DNA from: the human T2T-CHM13v2.0 reference genome, Homo sapiens
Length of the DNA stretch: 64,000 bases
Assembly: GCF_009914755.1 (NCBI RefSeq)
Contig: NC_060947.1
Reading direction: 5' to 3' (one strand)
A program made the translations under genes and the position numbers. The notes under the pieces are model-generated. The model was not told the DNA's origin, did no database searches, and saw only the letters and a list, made by a program, of their open reading frames with translations. Below are positions 53,491 to 64,000 of this stretch, in pieces (positions within the stretch are counted from its first letter, which is position 1; every line of letters starts with the position of its first letter).

Positions 53491-55520
53491 GATGTAGCAG
53501 TAAGATAGGAAGATCTATGTATAACAGGGGGCAACTAGGGACCTCTGACTATAAGGAAAAGTCAGACTAGGATGTAGCAAGGTATAGAGGGGACGGCCAG
53601 GTCAGAAGTAGTTAAGGAGGGGCCTTAGAGACCTAATAGTGTAGGTGCATCTTATCTGGAAGCAAATGGGGAGACTCTCTCAAATATGAAACAGAGAGGG
53701 GGTTTCCAAGGACCAGGTATGGAGGATACTTTGGCCTTAGTCTTGAGATGCATGGGCAAGGTTTCAGTGCAGAGGCACAGAAAGGTCATTTGTATAGTCG
53801 TGAGCAAGTCACTGAAAAAGGAGAGCTTAAAATTGATTGACAGTTCAATTAAGAATCCTGAACTAACAATACCACAACTCTAAAAGTTACAGGTGTGAAT
53901 GGGAAAGCCCCCAAATTGCTGCAGGGCTGGAGGGTCACACAGGAAATGCCTAAAGCTTTCTTTGTAATCTAACTGAAGAATCTGTTCTTAGATTTGGGGC
54001 CAATCTGGAAATTACTGTTGCTGATAAAAGCAGAAGTGTTTACACTGCTACTGCTGCTTACCCATTACCGTACTAGGGCTGAGCATTGAGGTAGAAAGAG
54101 GTGCTTAGGAAAGGGGACGAAAGGACAAGAACCCTGAAAATAAATAGCTAAACCATTCTCAGGATAATAAATGAATAAAAAGAAATATGCAGAGTTCCCA
54201 GAATATTATTTAGAATTGGTTGCCTATGGTTTCTGAGAATTTACTGTAATTAATGTCTAAAACCTGCATTACACATAGGGGACCAAGTGGGGCCAAACCA
54301 ACATGAGTCTTATAGGAAAGAATGAATAGAACCTGTAGAATAATAAGAAAAGATAATTTAGAACCAAGTTGAAAGATTCCATCATGGACTTCCCCACTGT
54401 CTAGATGGAAGAAACGCCCTTATCTCAACTGTGCAACATGTAAATATTGTCTGGCTGAAAAATAAAGTCATATTCAACAGTCAATTCTTTTGGGAGGGCT
54501 TCCTAAGATGTTCTCTTAAATTTAGGCATTGTATCTATCAACATATGTAACTAGCTATCAACCTGCAAACCTGCCTCCTCATCTGCTTATCTCTCTTTCC
54601 TCCGTCTGTATCTATCCTATGGTCATAGTTAGCATTTGGTAATACCAACTTGGAAGATTTTTAGGCTAAAATTCCTGCATGCCAGTTCTATGGGATGAAT
54701 TTTGAGTTCTAATCACTTATAAATTCATATGGAAGAGAGGATCCCAAATTACTTTTTAGAAAATCCAGGGCCTTCTCTGCATATAGTTTCTTGGCTACCT
54801 CTATGAGCAGCTGAACACTTGTGTTCCTTTGACTGCCCAACTTCTACATTTTAAATTTTTTTAACTTTGAGATGTTCATTTTACTAGCAACATAGTATAT
54901 ATGTACTTTAGATACATTCAGGGAGTATAACCTTGAATTCACTCTCAATTAATATCAACAAAACCCTCATTCTACAAATGAAGGACAGCCAAGACACATG
55001 TAAACCTTTATTTCTCCAGAGGCTCTAAAATTATCCTTGGATTAACCTAGACCATAAGAGAGACATACATACCTGGACTGTGTTGTTTGTGCCCGTCTCT
55101 CTCCCCCACATCCTGTTTTTTTTGAATCACACTTTTTATGTTATTGAACAATATTGAAGAACACTGCAAGAAAAACTCAACAAAAGTAGTTGTATTTATT
55201 GTACAATGTTGCTGAGGCTGTTTGGATATTTTTATTGCATTAGATATCTCTTCTTTCTGTGATCCCATGGAAGAAATTCCTGTCTGGCCTCTGCTGTACT
55301 ACCCCTGAACCCTTTGTTTGTTTTTATTTTCTGACCATCTTGAATAACTTTCTTCCTTCTTTGTGTTAATCTCTAGAGAACTTAGAAATTTATGCCTCCT
55401 ATCTTGTGCGTACACAGGTCTTTACACTAAGCATTTTGTTTCCTAACCTCACATCTGGCTTCCAACTTACTTTTTTTTTTTTTTTAATGTACATTTTCTC
55501 ATTTTCTCACTTGTTTTTTG

Positions 55521-55522
<2 letters not shown>

Positions 55523-55564
<42 letters not shown>
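55523..55564. repeat. (TG)n microsatellite
   Basis: Direct reading. Confidence 0.96.
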
Positions 55565-55570
<6 letters not shown>

Positions 55571-55709
55571 AGGCTGTTTTCTGCCTCCCTCCCTCGGCAT
55601 AAATTTATCCTCAGGAATGAAGAGTGTTGGAATGGGTCAGGGCAGGATACACCAGTTAATCTTGAGGATTGAACTTTGACTTTGTAAAGCATATTCAAAA
55701 GATTCTTTT

Positions 55710-56151
55710 TCTTTAATTAAAAACTACTGAAGTATAATTGGCACTCAATAAACTGCACATGTTTAAAGTGTACAATTTGATAAGTTTTGACATATGTGTT
55801 GTCCATGGAACTATCACCAAAATCAAGATAACCATCATATCCATTACCTCCAAGAGTTTCTTCTTTCTACTTGCTAATCTCTTCCTCTCATATTTTCCAG
55901 TCCCCACTCTTATCCCCAGGCAAACACTGATATGTTTCTGTCACTATAAACATTACATTTTCTAGAATTCTATAGAAATGAAATTATACTATATGTACTC
56001 CTTCTTGGTCTGGCGCCTTTTGTTAATACTTAGCATAAGTATGTAGAAATTCGTACATACTGTTGTGTGTATCAATAATTCATTTACTTATATTGCTAAA
56101 TGATATTTCATTACATGAATATGCCCCAATTTGTTTATCCATTCACTTGTT
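55710..56151 (-). mobile_element. Old L1M 3' end (host of the L1PA insertion; resumes after 59302)
   Basis: aaactgcacatgtttaaagtgtacaatttgataagttttgacatatg...; continues as aatggtcatttgggttgttt after the L1PA. Confidence 0.8.
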
Positions 56152-61170
<5,019 letters not shown>

Positions 61171-61394
61171 AGAAGTTCTTAGTCATCCTTTCTTTGGTGT
61201 TGGGTTTTAGCTTTCTTTTGAATGGACTCTCTCAGAGTAATTTCTTCCTCAAGTATATGGGCAGTCAGCACAGGATAGATCTGCTCTTGTTTCTGGAGGG
61301 AATAGGTACTTGTCTTGGTATCCTTTGCCTTGATTTAATGCTTCCTTAACTCTCTACTCACAGTCAAACGGAAAGATGCTGAAGCTCAAGATTA

Positions 61395-61756
<362 letters not shown>

Positions 61757-62107
61757 TCATATAGAAACACAAAGGGAAACCTTTGTTTCAATCTAGATCA
61801 GAAGGAACCAGAGCTCCCACATTTGACTGGAGCATCCTTTCATCAATTCTGCCTCTCATGACATCAGCAGCTTGGCTGAGGATTTAGAGATTCAGAATTC
61901 TAGCCAAATATCTTTCCATCCTCTATGACTAATATGGTAAATCCATTTTGGAGCAAAGTAGGAAGAAAGAATTTTTTACTTAAAGGCCAGTATTTATAGT
62001 TCGTTGTGTATGATTATGTTAATGTTAACTGTATATATTTATCTCCCCTTTGTATACATTCACTTTTTCTCAGTTTTTGTTATTTTTGGAGTTTTAATTC
62101 CTTCCAG

Positions 62108-62189
62108 ATCTGTCCATAGATAAGTACTTGAACTCGGTGGGTCTAGATGTTAATAACTATAGCACAGATGAGCAGAATGAGCATACAAG
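62108..62189 (+). other. Isolated 82-nt exon-like unit
   Basis: Long T-rich tract ...ttaattccttccAG at the start and a consensus donor AAG|GTAAGT at the end. Confidence 0.35.
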
Positions 62190-63460
62190 GTAAGTAGCCC
62201 CTTTACAGGTGACTTGAACTAGAAATCTTTCTGCAAATGCTGTAATTCATAATAGTAAATGTGAGTGTGCACATACTTACTAGTCATGGAAATTGAGCTC
62301 AGAAAAATTTAACGGGTATCAAAATTTTACACTTAAAATTCTAGTCTTGCTCATGGGAGTAATTAGCCTTTACTCAGACAGAGATTATCAAGCAATTTTT
62401 CTTCATATACTTACTCTTATCATTTATAGCAAGAATATTTTGACAGTAGTGGAAAGTGTCCAAATGGGAAGAAGGTTGACTTTTATGAGACTATGACTTT
62501 AGGGTCAAATGACTGATAATATTCAGTCTTGCTTTCAAAAATAGACAACTGAAAATTAGTAAAGGGAAAAGTGTTCCTCAGAAGACAGGCTGATATAGAT
62601 CTTCAAATACTTGGGGTGGATCACTAGAAAGCAGTGTTAAAAAATGTTTCCTCCCCAACCTCTCCTTCATTGGCAACAGAGGAAATCAAGTCTTTAGTCT
62701 TTGACCACTTTGTTGAGAGGAATTATGATCAGGTTGGGAAGTCTTAGGAAGGCAGTGTAGAAAGAGCACTATCAGAAATTTTTGTATCTGTGCCCAGATC
62801 AGCCATGAAAAGATGTGAGTTTTAAGAGACCATGGGCTGAATTCACAACATCCTACATGTTAGCATTTCTACCAAGAGTAAATTTCTCATTCATTAAATA
62901 GATAGTTTGCAAGCACCTACCAATGATCATGTACCATGAGCTAAGAGGAGAAGAGGCAAGCAAATATGAGTAAGGCAAGCTTTGCCTCTAGGAGCCCTCA
63001 AATTGGGGTCATCTTAGTTATTCACTTAACACATTCCATACACTTCATGTTTCTTCTGTGGGGAATTGATGGGGAGGACAAAGCTATAGCTTTTATATCT
63101 ATAACTCTGTCTGATTAAGATGTATTTGTTTACCTTTTGTACTTGATTGCATTTGTTCTTCTCTACTAATTGTCAATCTTCCCAGAAATAGGAGTTGTGT
63201 CTGAAGTTACTTTTCTGGCCCTCCTCTCTATCCCCTCCCAACCAGAACCATAGACAGAAGATTCCACAAACCATATCAAGCAACAGTTTAATAGGTTTTA
63301 ATGCCTCAAGCTCCTAGGAGTCTCCATTATGTCAGGTAACATCAGATATCTCTTATTTTTGAAAGACTTTATATGATCCTCATCTTGTTTAGATATTATA
63401 CATTCTTGGAGCAGGCAAAAGACCCACTGTACCTTTGGGAAGAGCTTAAAACTGAATTCT

Positions 63461-63846
63461 AAAACTGTGGCATGTTCATACAATGGAATACTATTCACCA
63501 GTAAAAACAATGAACTACTGATACATACAACATGGATAAATCTCAAATGTGTTATTATATGTGAAAGAAGCCAGACTTAAAAGATTACATACAGTATGGT
63601 TCCATTTATATGGCACTCTGGAAAAGGAAGAACTATAGGAGCAGAAAATAGATCTGTAGTTTTCAGGGTAGGGGGGGTGGTGGAAGGAGGAATGATGACT
63701 ATAAAGGGGTATGAGGGAATTTGGGGAGTAATGGAAATGTATATTTTGACATGGCAGTCATTACTATATGCACTTGTCAAGATGTACAGAACTGTACACT
63801 AAAATGGTGTATTTTATTATAAATAAGTTATACCTCAATAAACCTG
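63461..63846 (+). mobile_element. L1ME/L1MB-type 3' end
   Basis: catacaatggaatactattca...gtgaaagaagccagac...tatacctcaataaa. Confidence 0.8.
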
Positions 63847-64000
63847 GGCAAGAGGAGACATGGTCAATGCCCTTTAGGACCTATCACCTTGAGTCTGTGT
63901 GTGTTAGGGAGCTGTGAGCCCATACAAGATGCAGTCTTGGGGGTAATACGTATTTCTACTATACATATTAGTTCACACTCTGCTGTATCAGCCAGACAAT

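Larger units (their letters stand above)
51432..55163 (-). ncRNA. Candidate multi-exon spliced transcript (lncRNA or decayed gene); exons 55163-55073, 54133-54062, 52777-52681, 51648-51560 (or to poly(A) ~51432)
   Basis: Each unit has a pyrimidine tract + AG and a GT donor, and there is an AATAAA with a U-rich downstream element. Predicted from motifs only. Confidence 0.4.

Overview
This is primate (human-like) genomic DNA: AT-rich, CpG-depleted and dominated by interspersed repeats. I find no credible protein-coding gene. Almost every ORF in the track falls in Alu, L1, LTR or simple-repeat sequence. The only real protein homologies are broken L1 ORF2 pieces (56.4-58.9 kb, minus strand) and an L1 ORF0-like ORF (526-693). 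The window holds the 5' UTR end of an older L1PA, a 3.1-kb 5'-truncated L1PA with a perfect 15-bp TSD, many old L1M/L2/MIR remnants, about a dozen Alus, roughly 20 ERV/MaLR LTRs (many with readable TSDs and several nested) and Tigger/MER DNA-transposon relics. The most interesting signals are: (1) four same-strand exon-like units with a branch point and poly(A) signal at 51.4-55.2 kb (minus), suggesting a spliced non-coding transcript or decayed gene; (2) a TSD-flanked, poly(A)-tailed insert of unique DNA at 34.4 kb, a likely L1 3' transduction with an inverted L1 tip; (3) an Alu whose interior is replaced by an LTR fragment; (4) an LTR10C with a three-half-site p53 element; (5) an ancient tandem duplication spanning a MIR/L1/L2 junction. 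Repeat subfamily names come from my recall of consensus sequences, not from a database search. Boundaries without TSDs are approximate.
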